A DNA stretch of 64,000 nucleotides from an uncultured Gammaproteobacteria bacterium (GCA_964589575.1 CAZPSE010000004.1:4075-68074), one strand, 5' to 3'; shown: positions 18,251 to 32,740, counted from the stretch's first letter. Program-made: numbers and translations. Notes: a model not told the origin generated them from the letters alone.

Positions 18251-19363
18251 TTGGCTAGTTTAAAAAAGTATTGGCTTTATATTTTGTTGGGCTTGGTCTT
18301 ATCGTTTAGCTTAAACTTTATATTAAAAAACAAAAGCAATTTAAAAATAAATGAAACCAATCAGCAAACATTAAGCAGTATGTCAGATGTAAAGCTGAGT
18401 TTTTCTGGAGCAGTTAAACAGTCAAGACCTTCTGTAGTTAATTTGTTTTCTTCTAAAAGGGTGGCTAATAACAACGCTCAAAAGCCCCAAAATACACAAT
18501 TATTTAATCAACACGCAAAAGATACCCAATTAGTTGCAGAAGCAGGTTCGGGAGTAATCGTTAGTGATAATGGTTATATTGTAACCAACCACCATGTTAT
18601 AGATAAAGCTGAAGAAATTATTATTACCTTGAGCGATGGTCGCGCTTACCCCGCTCAAGTTATAGGCAGTGATTCTGAAACAGATTTAACGGTTTTAAAA
18701 ATTGATGAAGAAAACCTAATACCGATTGTATTTGCAGAGTCTGAGCAAGTGGAAGTGGGTGATATTGTGCTGGCCATTGGTAATCCGTTTGGTCAGGGAC
18801 AGTCGGTATCTATGGGTATTATCAGCGCCACAGGAAAGGATCGCATTGGTTTAAATACCTACGAAAACTTTATCCAAACTGATGCGGCAATTAACCCTGG
18901 CAATTCTGGCGGTGCATTGGTGAATCAAAATGGAGAGATGGTTGGTATTAATAGTGCAATATTTTCTCGCTCTGGCGGTTCACAAGGCATTGGCTTTGCC
19001 ATACCTGTATCTATCGTAAAAAATATTTTGCTACAAATTGTAGATAAAGGTTATGTGACAAGAGGTTGGTTGGGTATAGAGGGTAAAGATATTACAGCAG
19101 AAGGAAAACAGCAGTTTAAGTTGCCTAATAATGCTGGCGTGTATGTAACAGGTGTGTACGAAGGTGGCCCTGCCTATAAAGCTGGGATAAAGTCTGGCGA
19201 TATTTTAATGCGTGCAAATAACATTGTGGTTAAAGATGTTCATACTATTTTAAAAGCGACAGAAAAGTTTATGCCTGGTTCTCTTGTGGTTATACAAGGG
19301 CAAAGAAACGGTAAAATATTTACGACAGAAATGCTGGTTCAGCAACGGCCAATAGCAGAGTAA
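18251..19363 (+). CDS. degS: HtrA family serine protease with one PDZ domain (DegS-like)
   Basis: TNHHV, TDLTVLKI, INPGNSGG motifs; N-terminal anchor. Confidence 0.88.
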   Translation: MASLKKYWLYILLGLVLSFSLNFILKNKSNLKINETNQQTLSSMSDVKLSFSGAVKQSRPSVVNLFSSKRVANNNAQKPQNTQLFNQHAKDTQLVAEAGSGVIVSDNGYIVTNHHVIDKAEEIIITLSDGRAYPAQVIGSDSETDLTVLKIDEENLIPIVFAESEQVEVGDIVLAIGNPFGQGQSVSMGIISATGKDRIGLNTYENFIQTDAAINPGNSGGALVNQNGEMVGINSAIFSRSGGSQGIGFAIPVSIVKNILLQIVDKGYVTRGWLGIEGKDITAEGKQQFKLPNNAGVYVTGVYEGGPAYKAGIKSGDILMRANNIVVKDVHTILKATEKFMPGSLVVIQGQRNGKIFTTEMLVQQRPIAE

Positions 19364-20665
19364 TTACTTTTTATTGATTCGATATTCTGCAGAACAAGCG
19401 TGTGCAATTAAACCTTCGCCACGCGCTAAAATAGAGGCTGTTTTTGCAAGTTTAGATGCGCCTTGTTGCGAACAATTAATTAAGCTAGAGCGTTTTTGAA
19501 AATCATACACGCCAAGTGGCGACGAGAAGCGTGCGGTTCTTGAGGTAGGTAAAACATGATTTGGGCCGGCGCAATAATCGCCTAGTGCTTCTGGGGTATA
19601 ACGACCCATAAAAATAGCACCTGCGTGTTTTATTTTTTTAGCGACACTTTCAGCATCGTCGATGGATAGTTCTAAATGTTCTGGCGCAATATGATTGGCC
19701 ACATCAATAGCTTCATCTAAGTTGTTTACTTTAATAAAACAACCACGATTGACTAATGATGTTTTGATAATGTTTTTGCGAGGCATGTCTTTAATCAGTT
19801 TATCTATGCTTTTGTTTACCTCATCTAAATATTTTTGGCTTTGGCAAATAAGGATAGATTGCGCATCTTCGTCATGTTCCGCTTGAGAGAACAAATCCAT
19901 TGCAATCCAATCGGGATCCGTTTTACCGTCGCAAACCACCAATATTTCAGATGGCCCTGCAATCATGTCGATACCAACTGTGCCAAAAACTAAGCGTTTT
20001 GCTGTGGCGACAAATATATTACCCGGGCCGACGATTTTATCGACCGCTGGTATGGTTTTTGTGCCATAAGCTAGTGCAGCAACGGCTTGTGCGCCACCAA
20101 TGGTAATTACCATGTCTACATTACTTATGTGTGCGGCAGCCAATACAAACTCGTTTAATACGCCATTTGGTGCAGGCACTACCATAATAAGTTTTGCTAC
20201 ACCGGCTACTTTGGCGGGTATGGCGTTCATTAATACAGATGATGGGTAGGCGGCTTTGCCACCGGGTACATATAAACCAACGCTATCTAAAGCGGTGACT
20301 TGTTGACCAAGTAATGTTCCATCGCTTTCGGTATATTGCCAAGATTCTATTTTTTGGTGTTTTGCATATTGTTTAATGCGCTCTGCCGCTAACTCTAAAG
20401 CTTGGCGTTCGTGTTTTTGTAGCCCATCGTAAGCTTGCTTTAACCGTGCAGGGCTTACTATTAATTCATCCATGTTTTGTACAGTTAAATTATCAAATTT
20501 AGCGGTACATGCTAATACTGCTTGGTCGCCATCTGTTTTTACATCGCGTAAAATTTGTTGAACAATAGTGAATATTTTATCGTCAAATTCACTTTCAAAG
20601 GCTAAACGTTTGTCTAATAATGACCAAAAGTCATTGTTTTGAGTATTTAAGGTTAATATGTTCAC
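19364..20665 (-). CDS. hisD: Histidinol dehydrogenase
   Basis: [24 protein letters not shown] motifs. Confidence 0.97.
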   Translation of the reverse strand: MNILTLNTQNNDFWSLLDKRLAFESEFDDKIFTIVQQILRDVKTDGDQAVLACTAKFDNLTVQNMDELIVSPARLKQAYDGLQKHERQALELAAERIKQYAKHQKIESWQYTESDGTLLGQQVTALDSVGLYVPGGKAAYPSSVLMNAIPAKVAGVAKLIMVVPAPNGVLNEFVLAAAHISNVDMVITIGGAQAVAALAYGTKTIPAVDKIVGPGNIFVATAKRLVFGTVGIDMIAGPSEILVVCDGKTDPDWIAMDLFSQAEHDEDAQSILICQSQKYLDEVNKSIDKLIKDMPRKNIIKTSLVNRGCFIKVNNLDEAIDVANHIAPEHLELSIDDAESVAKKIKHAGAIFMGRYTPEALGDYCAGPNHVLPTSRTARFSSPLGVYDFQKRSSLINCSQQGASKLAKTASILARGEGLIAHACSAEYRINKK

Positions 20666-21735
20666 GTACTACCTTTAGTTACCTGTCTTCTTTCTTGTAC
20701 CGCTTTAGATAAGGTCTGTAGTAATGCAAAACCGTCTTCAATATTAATGCATGCATCGGTAATGCTTTGCCCGTATGTCGGTTCTACACCCTTTACAATA
20801 TCTTGTCTGCCTGCTATTAAGTGGCTTTCTAACATGACACCAAAAATACGGGTTTCACCCCGAGAAATTTGCGAAGCAACATCGTTGCAAACCTCTATTT
20901 GGCGGTCATGTATTTTACGGCTATTGGCGTGGCTGCAATCGACCATTAGCTTGCAATCTAAATTGGCTTTTTGTAAATAGTCAGATGCATCATCAATACT
21001 TGCGGCATCGTAATTAGGTTGCTTGCCACCACGTAAAATAATATGGCAGTCTGGGTTGCCTGCGGTAGAAAATATCGCAGAACGGCCTTCTTTAGTTACC
21101 GATAAAAAGTTGTGCGCGTTAGATGCAGCCCCAATAGCATCTACCGCTACTTGTAAACCACCATCTGTACCGTTTTTAAAACCAACAGGGCAAGACAGGC
21201 CAGAAGCGAGTTCACGGTGTGCTTGGCTTTCTGTGGTTCTGGCACCAATTGCACCCCACGATATTAAGTCGGCAATATATTGCGGGCTAATTAAGTCTAA
21301 ACATTCAGTAGCAGATGGCATACCAATGTCGGCAAGATCAACTAATAATTGGCGAGCAATATGCAAGCCTCTATTTATGGCGAAACTGCCGTCTAAAAAA
21401 GGGTCGTTAATTAAACCTTTCCAACCGACGGTGGTGCGTGGTTTTTCAAAATAAACACGCATAATAATTAGTAAGTTTTCTTTATACTGTTGTTTTTTTT
21501 CTAGCAGGCGGGTTGCATATTCGTTGGCCGCTTTGGTATCGTGTATGGAGCAGGGGCCAATAATGACTAAAACTCGGTCATCATCGCCAGACAAAATATT
21601 GTGTATTTGTTGGCGTGTTTCAAATACGGTTTTAGCCGCGTTGTTGGTTATTAAAATATCATTATGTAATTTCTGGGGCGAAATTAATTCTTTAGTTTCG
21701 ATAATTCTTAAATCGTCTGTTTGTATTTTTGTCAT
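20662..21735 (-). CDS. aroG: Class I DAHP synthase
   Basis: [33 protein letters not shown] motifs; isoenzyme specificity not determinable. Confidence 0.9.
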   Translation of the reverse strand: MTKIQTDDLRIIETKELISPQKLHNDILITNNAAKTVFETRQQIHNILSGDDDRVLVIIGPCSIHDTKAANEYATRLLEKKQQYKENLLIIMRVYFEKPRTTVGWKGLINDPFLDGSFAINRGLHIARQLLVDLADIGMPSATECLDLISPQYIADLISWGAIGARTTESQAHRELASGLSCPVGFKNGTDGGLQVAVDAIGAASNAHNFLSVTKEGRSAIFSTAGNPDCHIILRGGKQPNYDAASIDDASDYLQKANLDCKLMVDCSHANSRKIHDRQIEVCNDVASQISRGETRIFGVMLESHLIAGRQDIVKGVEPTYGQSITDACINIEDGFALLQTLSKAVQERRQVTKGST

Positions 21736-21751
21736 AGCAATGAAGGTGCAA

Positions 21752-22387
21752 TTAACTAATGGCTGATTTTATGGTATCAACCAACGCTTTAATCGCTTGG
21801 TTTTTAATTTTTAAAGAGGCATTGTTAACAATCAACCGAGAGCTGATTTCGGCAATGGTATCCATTGGTTTTAAACCGTTGGCTTTTAAGGTATTACCCG
21901 TATCAACCACATCTACAATTAAATCGGCCAAGCCAACAATGGGTGCCAACTCCATAGAACCGTAAAGCTTTATTACCTCAACTTGTTGGCCTTTACTGGC
22001 AAAATAACGCTTTGCAGAGTTGGTAAACTTGGTGGCGATTTTGAGCCGTTTATTGGGGTTGGCTTGGTAGTTTACAGGGCCTGCGGTCATTAAACGGCAT
22101 TTTGCTATTTGCAAATCAACCATTTCGTAAACGCCTTCGCCACCGTGTTCCATTAAAACATCTTTTCCTGCAACACCTAAGTCTGCCGCACCATACTGTA
22201 CGTATGTAGGTACGTCACTGGCACGTATTATTACAAAGTTTACATTGGGGTTGGTGGTTTCTAAAATTAATTTACGGCTGGACTCTGGGTTTTCTAAAGG
22301 TTCAATACCTGCGGCTTTTAATAACGGCATGGTTTCTTCAAATATACGCCCTTTAGATAGGGCAATGGTTAATTTGTTGTTGTTCAT
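21752..22387 (-). CDS. hisG: ATP phosphoribosyltransferase (short form)
   Basis: IALSKGR, RASDVP, GSMELAP motifs. Confidence 0.96.
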   Translation of the reverse strand: MNNNKLTIALSKGRIFEETMPLLKAAGIEPLENPESSRKLILETTNPNVNFVIIRASDVPTYVQYGAADLGVAGKDVLMEHGGEGVYEMVDLQIAKCRLMTAGPVNYQANPNKRLKIATKFTNSAKRYFASKGQQVEVIKLYGSMELAPIVGLADLIVDVVDTGNTLKANGLKPMDTIAEISSRLIVNNASLKIKNQAIKALVDTIKSAIS

Positions 22388-23701
<1,314 letters not shown>

Positions 23702-24205
23702 CTATCGCTAATACAGTTTAAGAAAAAATAGATGTTGGTTTTGATGACTCCGACAATGGTAATCCGTGCTATGTTTTTTTATTTGAAAATATAGGCGTAT
23801 TGAGTAATCCATTATTAATTACTGCACTAGGTATCAGTAATGGATTGAGCGACGTTATGGGAAATAATAAAAATTTAAAACACAGTATTTACGTAATATA
23901 GCAATCACTGCGCCGTAAACGTTTTTAAAATTCTAACCTAGGTGGCGAACTTGTACAATATATTCGATGTTAACTATGTAACGCGAGAGGTTGATTAAAA
24001 TGTAGATAACGGTAGAGATATAGGCAATTTGGGTTTAATAAATGGTGATGTAATCTGCTCATTAACAATAATTGTTTTTATTGCTCAGGATAACTTATAG
24101 CTCGTACCATTTCTCATGGCAAGGCGATTTAATAAAGCTTTCTTTTTCTTTGTTAACTGCGCATGATATTAAAATAACAAGACCAATATAGTTTGAAAAA
24201 TAATT

Positions 24206-24697
24206 TTAATCTTCATAAAAACCTTCATTTAATTTAGTGTTTTTGATTCTTTCAATTTGTATCGTTTGGCGGCAATCATTTATTTTTTTTGCGACTAATT
24301 TACTTTTTATTCCATACTCTTTAAAAAACATAATTTGTTTTTCTAAGTATCTAGGGTCGTAACCTTTATTATTTAATTTGTTTATTTTGAAATCATTTAT
24401 TAAATTTAATAAAACCCGAATCCTAGAAGGACACATTTCAATAATTCGAGATTCTGAACGGTCTGATTTAGTTATTACCGTTTTGTTTATTAATAATCGT
24501 TGTCGTTCTAATATTTGCTTATCAGTTCTAACATCATTAATTAATAATAAACTTTCAAAATAAGTTACTTCTTTATCTTTTAATATTTCACTGACAATCT
24601 TAAATGATTCTTCTGTTGTTTCGGCAATAACGCTTGTAACAACACTTAACAGTAAAAAACTTATAAATACGCTTGTTTTATTAAATACAATAAACAT
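24206..24697 (-). CDS. Hypothetical protein with predicted signal peptide, very AT-rich
   Basis: 163-aa ORF; no family recognised. Confidence 0.5.
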   Translation of the reverse strand: MFIVFNKTSVFISFLLLSVVTSVIAETTEESFKIVSEILKDKEVTYFESLLLINDVRTDKQILERQRLLINKTVITKSDRSESRIIEMCPSRIRVLLNLINDFKINKLNNKGYDPRYLEKQIMFFKEYGIKSKLVAKKINDCRQTIQIERIKNTKLNEGFYED

Positions 24698-24699
24698 AA

Positions 24700-25086
24700 T
24701 TATCGCTTTGCCTTAAATGGATGAGCGCGTAGGTTATGTTTTTGTATATTTGTTTCTTTATAAGAACGCGTGAATTGGCTATTACATCGAGCGATAGCAA
24801 TTGGAAGTTCAACTAGTAAACCTTCAATAACATTATCGCTAAGTTTTTTAACTTTTAATTTTTTAAAAGCGTAGTTAGCAATTTCTTGTTGGTAACAAGG
24901 TGATGGATAGATATTATCTGCAAAGGGTATATACAACATCTTGCTTTCACAAAAATCATTATATTTAGCGTCCTTATTTACTTTATTTAAAATAATTTCC
25001 AAACTGCTTCCTTCGCACATAAATGATAAACCAGTCTGATTTAGAACCTCGGTTTGAATTAAATACTCAGCAGTCTGAATTAACAT
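24700..25086 (-). CDS. Hypothetical protein
   Basis: 128-aa ORF 2 bp upstream of the previous ORF; no family recognised. Confidence 0.5.
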   Translation of the reverse strand: MLIQTAEYLIQTEVLNQTGLSFMCEGSSLEIILNKVNKDAKYNDFCESKMLYIPFADNIYPSPCYQQEIANYAFKKLKVKKLSDNVIEGLLVELPIAIARCNSQFTRSYKETNIQKHNLRAHPFKAKR

Positions 25087-25315
25087 ATTTTTATCATTTA
25101 AAGATTTAATTTAGGACAAGTAAAAAGGGTGAAAGGGTTCTTCCTTTTCCGCTGATATATTTGAGCTTATTACGTTTTATTAGCCACTTAGGTTTAATGG
25201 TAGTTAACTAGTAGGGTTTCTTTAATATCAGATTACTATTAAAATTTTATAAAGGACTGTAACGGAAATAGAAATTTAGGCTTAGAATTGGCCAAAAGTA
25301 AGCTAATGCTAATAA

Positions 25316-25672
25316 TTAGTTTTTAAGCAGTTTTAAAACGTCTTCTAACTCGGTTCTAATTTGACGGATAACTTGGGCAGAGCGGGTGTTGTCTGTTTTG
25401 GTATCTTCGCCAGACAGTTTTTGCCTTGCGCCACCAATGGTAAAACCCTGATCGTACAATAATCCGCGGATTTCACGTATTAGCATTACGTCTTTACGTT
25501 GGTAATAACGGCGGTTACCACGGCGTTTAACAGGCTTTAAATCTGGGAATTCTTGTTCCCAATAACGAAGAACGTGCGGTTTTACATCACATAACTCGCT
25601 AACTTCACCAATGGTGAAATAGCGTTTATTGGGTATTGCCGCTAGTTCTTTATTATTACTTGCTTCCAGCAT
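25316..25672 (-). CDS. MerR-family regulator (conserved ihfA-linked type)
   Basis: [24 protein letters not shown] motif. Confidence 0.93.
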   Translation of the reverse strand: MLEASNNKELAAIPNKRYFTIGEVSELCDVKPHVLRYWEQEFPDLKPVKRRGNRRYYQRKDVMLIREIRGLLYDQGFTIGGARQKLSGEDTKTDNTRSAQVIRQIRTELEDVLKLLKN

Positions 25673-25952
25673 ATGCTTCGACTCTGACCTTTAATTTTTG
25701 ACCCGGTCTAAATGTCACTACGCGACGTGCGCTAATGGCAATTTCTTCACCGGTTTTAGGGTTTCTGCCCGGTCTTGAATTTTTTTCACGTAAGGAAAAA
25801 TTGCCAAAGCCAGATAGTTTAACGTCATCACCACTTTCTAGTGCTTCTACTATTTTTTCGAAAAAAAGTTCAACAAGTTCTTTGGCTTCTCTTTTGTTGA
25901 GCCCGAGCTCATCAAAAAGCATTTCTGCCATGTCTGCCTTAGTTAATGCCAT
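25656..25952 (-). CDS. ihfA: Integration host factor alpha
   Basis: [17 protein letters not shown] motifs; follows pheT. Confidence 0.97.
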   Translation of the reverse strand: MALTKADMAEMLFDELGLNKREAKELVELFFEKIVEALESGDDVKLSGFGNFSLREKNSRPGRNPKTGEEIAISARRVVTFRPGQKLKVRVEAYAGSK

Positions 25953-25954
25953 GC

Positions 25955-28321
25955 TTAGTCTCGTAGTTGAGCGCCAGTATCTTTTTGTAGATTACTGATG
26001 ATTAACGCAATATCGGCATTGATGTCTTCGTCGGTGAGGGTTTTTTCATCACTTTTAAAAGATATATTAAGCGCGATACTCTTTGAGCCTAAGTCTACAC
26101 CTTTTCCAGTGTAAACATCAAATATTTTTACATCATTCAGGTAGTTACATGATGTTTTGAATACTGAATCGAGTATGTTTTGAGCCGTTATTTTGTTTTT
26201 TATTAATACGGATAAGTCCCTTTTAACGCTTGGGTAGCGCGATAGTGCCTGAAATTTTATTTTTTTATTATTTTGCAATGCATCAAGTTTTATTTCAAAA
26301 ATATAACAGGCCTGGGTTAATTCAAAGGCTTTTTCAATGTCTGGGTGGACACGGCCAAAGGTGCCGATGCATTCATTATTAACCATAATATCGGCAGATT
26401 GCCCGGGGTGTAGTGATGGGTTGTTACTTATTTGTAAGGTATTTTTTTTAATGCCTAGGGTTAACAATAAAGATTCTATGTCGCCTTTCACATCGTAAAA
26501 GTCGACCATTTGTTTATTGCTGTCCCAACTTTGGCTTGCCGTACTGCCATAAATTAAACCAGAAAAATGACGCTGTTGAGCAATGTCGCCATTGTTTAGT
26601 TGGTTAAACGTTAAACCTTCTTCAAAAATACGCACACGGCTTTGTTGGCGTTTTAAATTATAGTCTAAAACTTTTAGTAAGCCTGGCCATATACTGTTTC
26701 GCATTACAGAAAGTTCTGACGAAATAGGGTTGCTTAGTTTAATGGCTTCGTTATTTGAAAACAGTGCAAAACTTTTAGGGTCAATAAAGCTGTAGGTAAT
26801 GGATTCTGTATAACCACGGGCAACCAATACGTTTTTCATTTTGTTGACGGTGGTGATTTTATTTTTTACAGGTTTGATGGTTAGCTCGGCTTTGGGCGAG
26901 CAGCGCTGAATGTTTTCGTAGCCGTACAAGCGCGCTATTTCTTCTACCAAATCCGCTTCTATATTAATATCAAAACGGTAAGAAGGGGCTAAAACGTCGA
27001 CCCCTTGCTCTGTTTTTGTTATTTGCATATTTAAGCTTTTAAGCATATTGATAATAATTGACGGTTTTAGGGTAATGCCTAAAATACGTTCAACCGTGTT
27101 CGTTTTTAATAAGATGCTTTTTTTACTGGCTACGCTTGAATTGACAACTTGGGTGGTACACGGTGTACCATCGCAAATATCATTTATTAAGCGCGTTGCT
27201 CTTTCTATGGCTTTTTCTTGTAAAAAATAGTCAACACCACGTTCAAACCTTTGGCCTGAGTCCGTCGTCATGCCGTAAGAACGCATTTTACCCGCTAAGG
27301 TAAGCGGATTAAATGCCGCGCTCTCTAACAGGATGTTTTGCGTGTTATCGTTTACAGCCGTTCTTAAACCGCCCATAATGCCTGCTATAGCTATAGCACC
27401 GTCCTCATCTGCGATGACTAAGGTGTCGTCAGTCATTTTTATTTCGCTTTCATCAAGTAGGGTGATTGTTTCGTCTTTTTGAGCGTATCTTATTGTGATG
27501 TTGCCTTTTACTTTATCTAAGTCAAAAGCGTGCATGGGTTGCCCCAACTCCATCATCACAAAGTTGGTAATGTCTACCGTTGGTGAAATAGTACGTATGC
27601 CAGAACGGCGAAGCTTTTCTGCCAGCCATAAAGGCGTGGTACTTTTTACATTAACGCCTTTAATAATACGGCTAACGTATTGTAAGCAGGCTTCACTTTC
27701 TGTAATGGTGATGGTTTTAGCGTCATCATTTTGTGCATCTATTGCTGTACAGTTGGGTAAAACTAAGGTGAAATTGTTTTTTGCTGCAATATCGCGTGCG
27801 ATACCTTGTAGGCTTAAACAGTCACCACGGTTTGGGGTTATGTCTATTTCGATTATGGTGTCATCTAAACCCAAGTAGTCGTATATGGCTGTGCCTAATG
27901 GTGCGTCAGAAGCTAACTCCATTAAACCATCAGATTTGTCGGCTAAGCCCACTTCGGTTTCTGAACACAACATACCAAACGATTCTACGCCACGAAGCTT
28001 GGCTTTTTTTATTTTAAAATCGCCAAATTGTGCGCCAATTTTAGCTAAGGGTATTTTAATGCCAGCGCGAGCATTTTTCGCACCGCATACTATTTGGTAA
28101 GTTTCGCTGCCATCACTTACACTACAAATTTGCAGTTTATCGGCATCGGGGTGGGCGGCGGCGGTTAATATTTCTGCAATCACTACATGCTTTAGGGTGC
28201 TATTACAGGCAGGGTTTACTTGTTCTACTTCTAAACCCAGTGAGGTTAGTTGTTCTTCTAGTAGTTTTGCATCAATGTCTTCTTGCCAAAACTCGTTTAT
28301 CCAATTTACGCTAAATTTCAT
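25955..28321 (-). CDS. pheT: Phenylalanine-tRNA ligase beta subunit
   Basis: [23 protein letters not shown] motifs. Confidence 0.97.
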   Translation of the reverse strand: MKFSVNWINEFWQEDIDAKLLEEQLTSLGLEVEQVNPACNSTLKHVVIAEILTAAAHPDADKLQICSVSDGSETYQIVCGAKNARAGIKIPLAKIGAQFGDFKIKKAKLRGVESFGMLCSETEVGLADKSDGLMELASDAPLGTAIYDYLGLDDTIIEIDITPNRGDCLSLQGIARDIAAKNNFTLVLPNCTAIDAQNDDAKTITITESEACLQYVSRIIKGVNVKSTTPLWLAEKLRRSGIRTISPTVDITNFVMMELGQPMHAFDLDKVKGNITIRYAQKDETITLLDESEIKMTDDTLVIADEDGAIAIAGIMGGLRTAVNDNTQNILLESAAFNPLTLAGKMRSYGMTTDSGQRFERGVDYFLQEKAIERATRLINDICDGTPCTTQVVNSSVASKKSILLKTNTVERILGITLKPSIIINMLKSLNMQITKTEQGVDVLAPSYRFDINIEADLVEEIARLYGYENIQRCSPKAELTIKPVKNKITTVNKMKNVLVARGYTESITYSFIDPKSFALFSNNEAIKLSNPISSELSVMRNSIWPGLLKVLDYNLKRQQSRVRIFEEGLTFNQLNNGDIAQQRHFSGLIYGSTASQSWDSNKQMVDFYDVKGDIESLLLTLGIKKNTLQISNNPSLHPGQSADIMVNNECIGTFGRVHPDIEKAFELTQACYIFEIKLDALQNNKKIKFQALSRYPSVKRDLSVLIKNKITAQNILDSVFKTSCNYLNDVKIFDVYTGKGVDLGSKSIALNISFKSDEKTLTDEDINADIALIISNLQKDTGAQLRD

Positions 28322-28331
28322 CGCTTACCCC

Positions 28332-29357
28332 TTAATGAGAAAACTGTTTTAAGAAACGGTAATCGTTTTCAAAAAACAGCCGTAAATCGTTAACGCCGTA
28401 GTAAAGCATGGTTAAACGTTCTACACCCATACCAAAAGCGTAGCCCGAATATTGTTCACTATCTATACCGACAGATTTAAATACGTTGGGGTGTACCATG
28501 CCGCAACCTAAAATTTCTAACCAACCTGTGTGGCTACAAACACGGCAACCTTCGCCACCACATATTACACATTCCATATCAGCCTCTGCAGAGGGTTCTG
28601 TAAACGGGAAGTAAGAGGGGCGGAAACGTATTTTTAAATCGTCGCGTTCAAAGAAGATGTGTAAAAACTCTTCTAAGTGTTTCATTAGGTGTGAAAAGTT
28701 GATGTGCTTATCAACATACAAACCTTCTACCTGATGAAACATGGGCGTGTGTGTAAGGTCCGAATCACAGCGGTAAACGCGACCCGGGGCGATAATTTTA
28801 AAGGGTGGTTTGTTGTTTTCCATTACGCGCACTTGCACGGGTGAGGTATGGGTGCGTAAAACGTGTCCATCTTCTAGGTAAAAAGTATCGTGCATGGCGC
28901 GGGCAGGGTGGTGTGCTGGAATGTTTAACGCTTCAAAGTTATGATAGTCGTCTTCTATTTCTGGCCCTTGTGCTACTTCAAAACCTAATTGCCCCAGTAT
29001 TTTATTAATGCGGTTTAGGGTTAGGGTTACAGGGTGTAATGATCCATTTTCTGTGTTGCGTCCTGCTAAAGTAATATCGACCGATTGTTGTTTTAAAACG
29101 TTGTCTCGCTCGATATTGTCGAAGTAATCTTTTTTGTCATTTAATTGTTTGCTAATAGTTTGTTTGGCAACGTTAATGGCTTTACCAAGTATAGGGCGTT
29201 CTTCTTTAGAGCATTTTCCTAATGATTGTAAAAGCGCGGTTACAGAACCTTTTTTACCAAGGTATTGGACTTTTAAATCATTCAGCTGATTTAAGTTTTC
29301 AATATTCGCTAAGTCGGCATTAAAAGTGCTGACTAGCTTATCTATATTTTCTGACAT
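28332..29357 (-). CDS. pheS: Phenylalanine-tRNA ligase alpha subunit
   Basis: [30 protein letters not shown] motifs. Confidence 0.98.
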   Translation of the reverse strand: MSENIDKLVSTFNADLANIENLNQLNDLKVQYLGKKGSVTALLQSLGKCSKEERPILGKAINVAKQTISKQLNDKKDYFDNIERDNVLKQQSVDITLAGRNTENGSLHPVTLTLNRINKILGQLGFEVAQGPEIEDDYHNFEALNIPAHHPARAMHDTFYLEDGHVLRTHTSPVQVRVMENNKPPFKIIAPGRVYRCDSDLTHTPMFHQVEGLYVDKHINFSHLMKHLEEFLHIFFERDDLKIRFRPSYFPFTEPSAEADMECVICGGEGCRVCSHTGWLEILGCGMVHPNVFKSVGIDSEQYSGYAFGMGVERLTMLYYGVNDLRLFFENDYRFLKQFSH

Positions 29358-29431
29358 GGATTACTTCTAGTGTTTGTGGTGTATCTCAATCTATTTATTT
29401 GTATTTATTTAGCATAGCTTAGGTATAAACA

Positions 29432-29469
29432 AAAAAAGGAACTAAGCTGTAAGGCTAAGTTCCTTTTTT
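29432..29469. terminator. Terminator-like hairpin between rplT and pheS
   Basis: AAAAAAGGAACT...AGTTCCTTTTTT inverted repeat. Confidence 0.6.
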
Positions 29470-29492
29470 AGGACTAACGAACGACTAAAGTC

Positions 29493-29858
29493 TTACGACT
29501 TAGGAGAAACGTTTGCTTTTGCTTGTTCTGCTATTGCAGCAAAAGCCGTCATATCATTTACAGCTAAATCTGCTAAAACTTTACGATCGACTTCAATGTT
29601 TGCATTAGTTAAACCATTGATAAAGCGACTATATGACAGGCCACACTCACGTGCACCAGCATTAATACGCGCAATCCAAAGTGCTCTAAACTGACGTTTT
29701 CTTTGTTTACGGTCACGGTATGCATATTGACCCGCTTTGGTAACAGCCTGTTTGGCAACGCGTATAACTTTACTGCGTGCGCCATAATAACCTTTGGCTT
29801 CTTTTAAAATTTTCTTGTGTCTTGCTTTGGCGGTAACGCCTCTTTTTACTCTTGGCAT
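29493..29858 (-). CDS. rplT: 50S ribosomal protein L20
   Basis: [15 protein letters not shown] motifs. Confidence 0.98.
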   Translation of the reverse strand: MPRVKRGVTAKARHKKILKEAKGYYGARSKVIRVAKQAVTKAGQYAYRDRKQRKRQFRALWIARINAGARECGLSYSRFINGLTNANIEVDRKVLADLAVNDMTAFAAIAEQAKANVSPKS

Positions 29859-29869
29859 ATTATATCCCC

Positions 29870-30067
29870 TTAACTATACGGTAACATTCTGCGAACCATT
29901 GGTACATCAACAGCATCTACTTGCTGTGTTGCCCCCAATTGACGCTTACGCTTACTGCTTTTTTTAGTAAGGATATGTCTCAAGTGCGATTGTTTGCACT
30001 TGTATCCGCCTTTTCCGGTTTTTTTGAAGCGCTTTGCGGCACCTCGGTTGGTTTTAAGCTTTGGCAT
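29870..30067 (-). CDS. rpmI: 50S ribosomal protein L35
   Basis: [20 protein letters not shown] motifs. Confidence 0.98.
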   Translation of the reverse strand: MPKLKTNRGAAKRFKKTGKGGYKCKQSHLRHILTKKSSKRKRQLGATQQVDAVDVPMVRRMLPYS

Positions 30068-30207
30068 TTTTCAATACTCCCAGTTTAATAACTTAAATGG
30101 GGGTAAATTCACCCATTTAAAAAAATCCTAGCTGAGTCGGAGACACTCTAGCGTAGGGTTGAAAACAGTTTCTTGTCGCCTAAAAAATAGACTAGACAAA
30201 AAACAAT

Positions 30208-30741
30208 TTATTTCTTCTTTTCACCTTTCTTTAAAGGTGCCATAACCATAGTCATTTGGCGACCTTCTAACTTGGGGTGCGATTCTACACCAGCAATGGC
30301 ACTCAAGTCATCTTCTACTCGTTTTAAAAGGTCTAAACCTAATTCACGATGAGCCATTTCACGCCCTCTAAAACGAATGGTGATTTTAGTTTTGTCACCA
30401 TGTTCTAAAAACTTGGTTAAATTACGTAATTTAACGTTGTAATCACCAATGTCTGTACCGGGTCTAAATTTAATTTCTTTAATTTGGACTTTAGTTTGTT
30501 TTGATTTAGATTGGTGCAGTTTTTTCTTTTGGTCAAATTTATAGCGACCGTAATCCATCAACTTACAAACAGGAGGTTTTGCGTTAGGCGAAATCTCAAC
30601 AATGTCGAGGTTTCTATCAGATGCCATTTGCATTCCTTCGCGGATGCTGATGACACCAACTTGCTCACCATTTTCGTCTACTAAACGTACTTCGGGTGAA
30701 TCAATTTTTTCATTTACTCTTGTTTTTTTAGCTGCTGCGAT
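30208..30741 (-). CDS. infC: Translation initiation factor IF-3 with non-canonical ATC start
   Basis: Frame extends upstream of ATG 30633 through RVNEKI..EVRLV to ATC at 30741, preceded by GGAG. Confidence 0.93.
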   Translation of the reverse strand: MAAAKKTRVNEKIDSPEVRLVDENGEQVGVISIREGMQMASDRNLDIVEISPNAKPPVCKLMDYGRYKFDQKKKLHQSKSKQTKVQIKEIKFRPGTDIGDYNVKLRNLTKFLEHGDKTKITIRFRGREMAHRELGLDLLKRVEDDLSAIAGVESHPKLEGRQMTMVMAPLKKGEKKK

Positions 30742-30769
30742 GACTTAACTCCAAACGGTTATTTAATTT

Positions 30770-32671
30770 TTAATGTTTACACTTTTCTTCAAGAAAACCA
30801 TTTAAATCGTCAAAACTCATATTGCCGAGGTTTTCACCGCTTTGAGTTCTGATAGAAATTTCATTGTTTTCTTCTTCGCGATCACCAACAATTATCATGT
30901 AGGGTGTGCGCGCTAAAGTATGTTCGCGAATTTTAAAGCCCATCTTCTCATTTCTCAAGTCTAAATGTGCTCTAAAGCCATTTATTTTCAAGTTTTCGGC
31001 TATTTTACGTCCATATTTTGCTTGTCGGTCGGTAATTGCGATAATTGCGACTTGAATGGGGGCTAACCAAACAGGAAACTTGCCTTCGTAATGCTCTATT
31101 AAAATGCCAATAAATCGTTCAATTGAACCTAAAATTGCTCGGTGTAACATAACCGGTACATGGCGTTCGCCATCTTCGCCTACGTATTGGGCATCTAATC
31201 TGCCTGGCATAGAAAAATCGACCTGCATTGTGCCACATTGCCAAACACGCTCTAAACAATCTTTTAAAGAAAATTCAATTTTAGGGCCATAAAACGCACC
31301 TTCGCCAGGTTGCAGTACGTAATCTATATTTTTAGATTCTAATGCCACTTTTAAAGCTTCTTCTGCTTTATCCCATAACTCGTCAGCACCCACGCGTTTT
31401 TCAGGTCGGGTGGATAAGGCAATTTGGATGTTCTCAAAACCAAAGTCATGATAAACCTTATAAACTAAGTCGATAAAGGTCGATACTTCGTCTTGTATTT
31501 GTGCTTCGCTACAAAAAATATGGGCATCGTCTTGTACAAAGTTACGTACGCGCATTAAACCGTGTAATGTGCCAGATGGCTCGTTACGGTGGCACGAGCC
31601 AAACTCTGCCATACGTAGTGGTAAGTCGCGGTAGCTTTTTAAACCTTGGTTGTATATTTGTATGTGACAAGGGCAGTTCATTGGTTTAACTGCGTATTCT
31701 CTGTTTTCAGAGCTGGTGGTAAACATTTGCTCTTGAAACTTTTCCCAATGGCCGGATTTTTCCCACAAGGTACGGTCTACTAACTGCGGTGTGTTTACTT
31801 CGCTGTATCCGTTTTGCGCCAGTAAATTACGAATATAGTCTTGAATTAATACGTTAATTGTCCAGCCGTTGTTGTGCCAAAAAACCATACCTGGGGCTTC
31901 TTCTTGGGTATGAAATAAGTCCATTGTTTTGGCAATTTTACGGTGATCACGTTTTTTAGCTTCTTCAATGCGGTTTAAGTAGGCTTTTAATTGTTTTTTA
32001 TCTGGCCATGCTGTGCCATATATTCGTGACAACATGGCATTGTTAGAATCACCACGCCAATATGCACCGGCAATTTTAGTTAATTTAAAGGCTTTTAAAA
32101 AGCGGGTGTTGGGTACGTGTGGGCCACGGCATAAGTCGGTAAAGTCGTCTTGTTTGTATAAAGACAAAACTTCATCTTGAGGAATACTGTTAATAATTTC
32201 TGCTTTGTAGTTCTCACCAATGCCTTTAAAATAATTGACTGCTTCGTCTCTAGTGAGAGTGTACCTTTCTAAGGGAATGGCTTGTTTTACCAACTCTGCC
32301 ATTTTCTTTTCTATTAGTTCTAAGTCTTCTGGTGTAAAAGAACGTTCAAAGGCAAAGTCGTAAAAAAAACCGTCATCAATAACAGGGCCAATAGTAACTT
32401 GTGCGCTAGGAAACAACTGCTTAACCGCTTGGGCTAATAAGTGCGCGGTAGAATGACGGATAATTTCAAATGCTTCATCGTTTTTTGTGGTAATTATGCC
32501 AACATTAGCGTCATTTTCGATAAGGGTAGATAAATCGACTAAGTCGCCATCTATAGTGCCTGCAATGGATGCTTTAAATAAGCCTGGGCCTATATCTTGT
32601 GCCAGTTCTGCAATGGTAATGGCGTTGTCGAAATTACGAACAGAACCGTCTGGAAGGGTAATTGCTGGCAT
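30770..32671 (-). CDS. thrS: Threonine-tRNA ligase
   Basis: HSTAHLL, DLCRGPH, KPMNCP, HRAILGS motifs. Confidence 0.98.
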   Translation of the reverse strand: MPAITLPDGSVRNFDNAITIAELAQDIGPGLFKASIAGTIDGDLVDLSTLIENDANVGIITTKNDEAFEIIRHSTAHLLAQAVKQLFPSAQVTIGPVIDDGFFYDFAFERSFTPEDLELIEKKMAELVKQAIPLERYTLTRDEAVNYFKGIGENYKAEIINSIPQDEVLSLYKQDDFTDLCRGPHVPNTRFLKAFKLTKIAGAYWRGDSNNAMLSRIYGTAWPDKKQLKAYLNRIEEAKKRDHRKIAKTMDLFHTQEEAPGMVFWHNNGWTINVLIQDYIRNLLAQNGYSEVNTPQLVDRTLWEKSGHWEKFQEQMFTTSSENREYAVKPMNCPCHIQIYNQGLKSYRDLPLRMAEFGSCHRNEPSGTLHGLMRVRNFVQDDAHIFCSEAQIQDEVSTFIDLVYKVYHDFGFENIQIALSTRPEKRVGADELWDKAEEALKVALESKNIDYVLQPGEGAFYGPKIEFSLKDCLERVWQCGTMQVDFSMPGRLDAQYVGEDGERHVPVMLHRAILGSIERFIGILIEHYEGKFPVWLAPIQVAIIAITDRQAKYGRKIAENLKINGFRAHLDLRNEKMGFKIREHTLARTPYMIIVGDREEENNEISIRTQSGENLGNMSFDDLNGFLEEKCKH

Positions 32672-32690
32672 TTAATACTCCTAATTAGTG

Positions 32691-32711
32691 GTGTCCCATA
32701 CGACAGGGCAC
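32691..32711 (-). promoter_or_regulatory. Candidate thrS translational operator hairpin
   Basis: mRNA GUGCCCUG-UCGUA-UGGGACAC stem with a CGU loop just upstream of the RBS, like the E. coli anticodon-mimic operator. Confidence 0.5.
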
Positions 32712-32740
32712 ATAAAGTCACATTTGTGTAAAAATAAAAA

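Noticed and set aside
23940-24100. PDZ-like relic (LGLINGDVI) in the murA upstream region
   Set aside because: The motif is too short and broken by stops to support a pseudogene call
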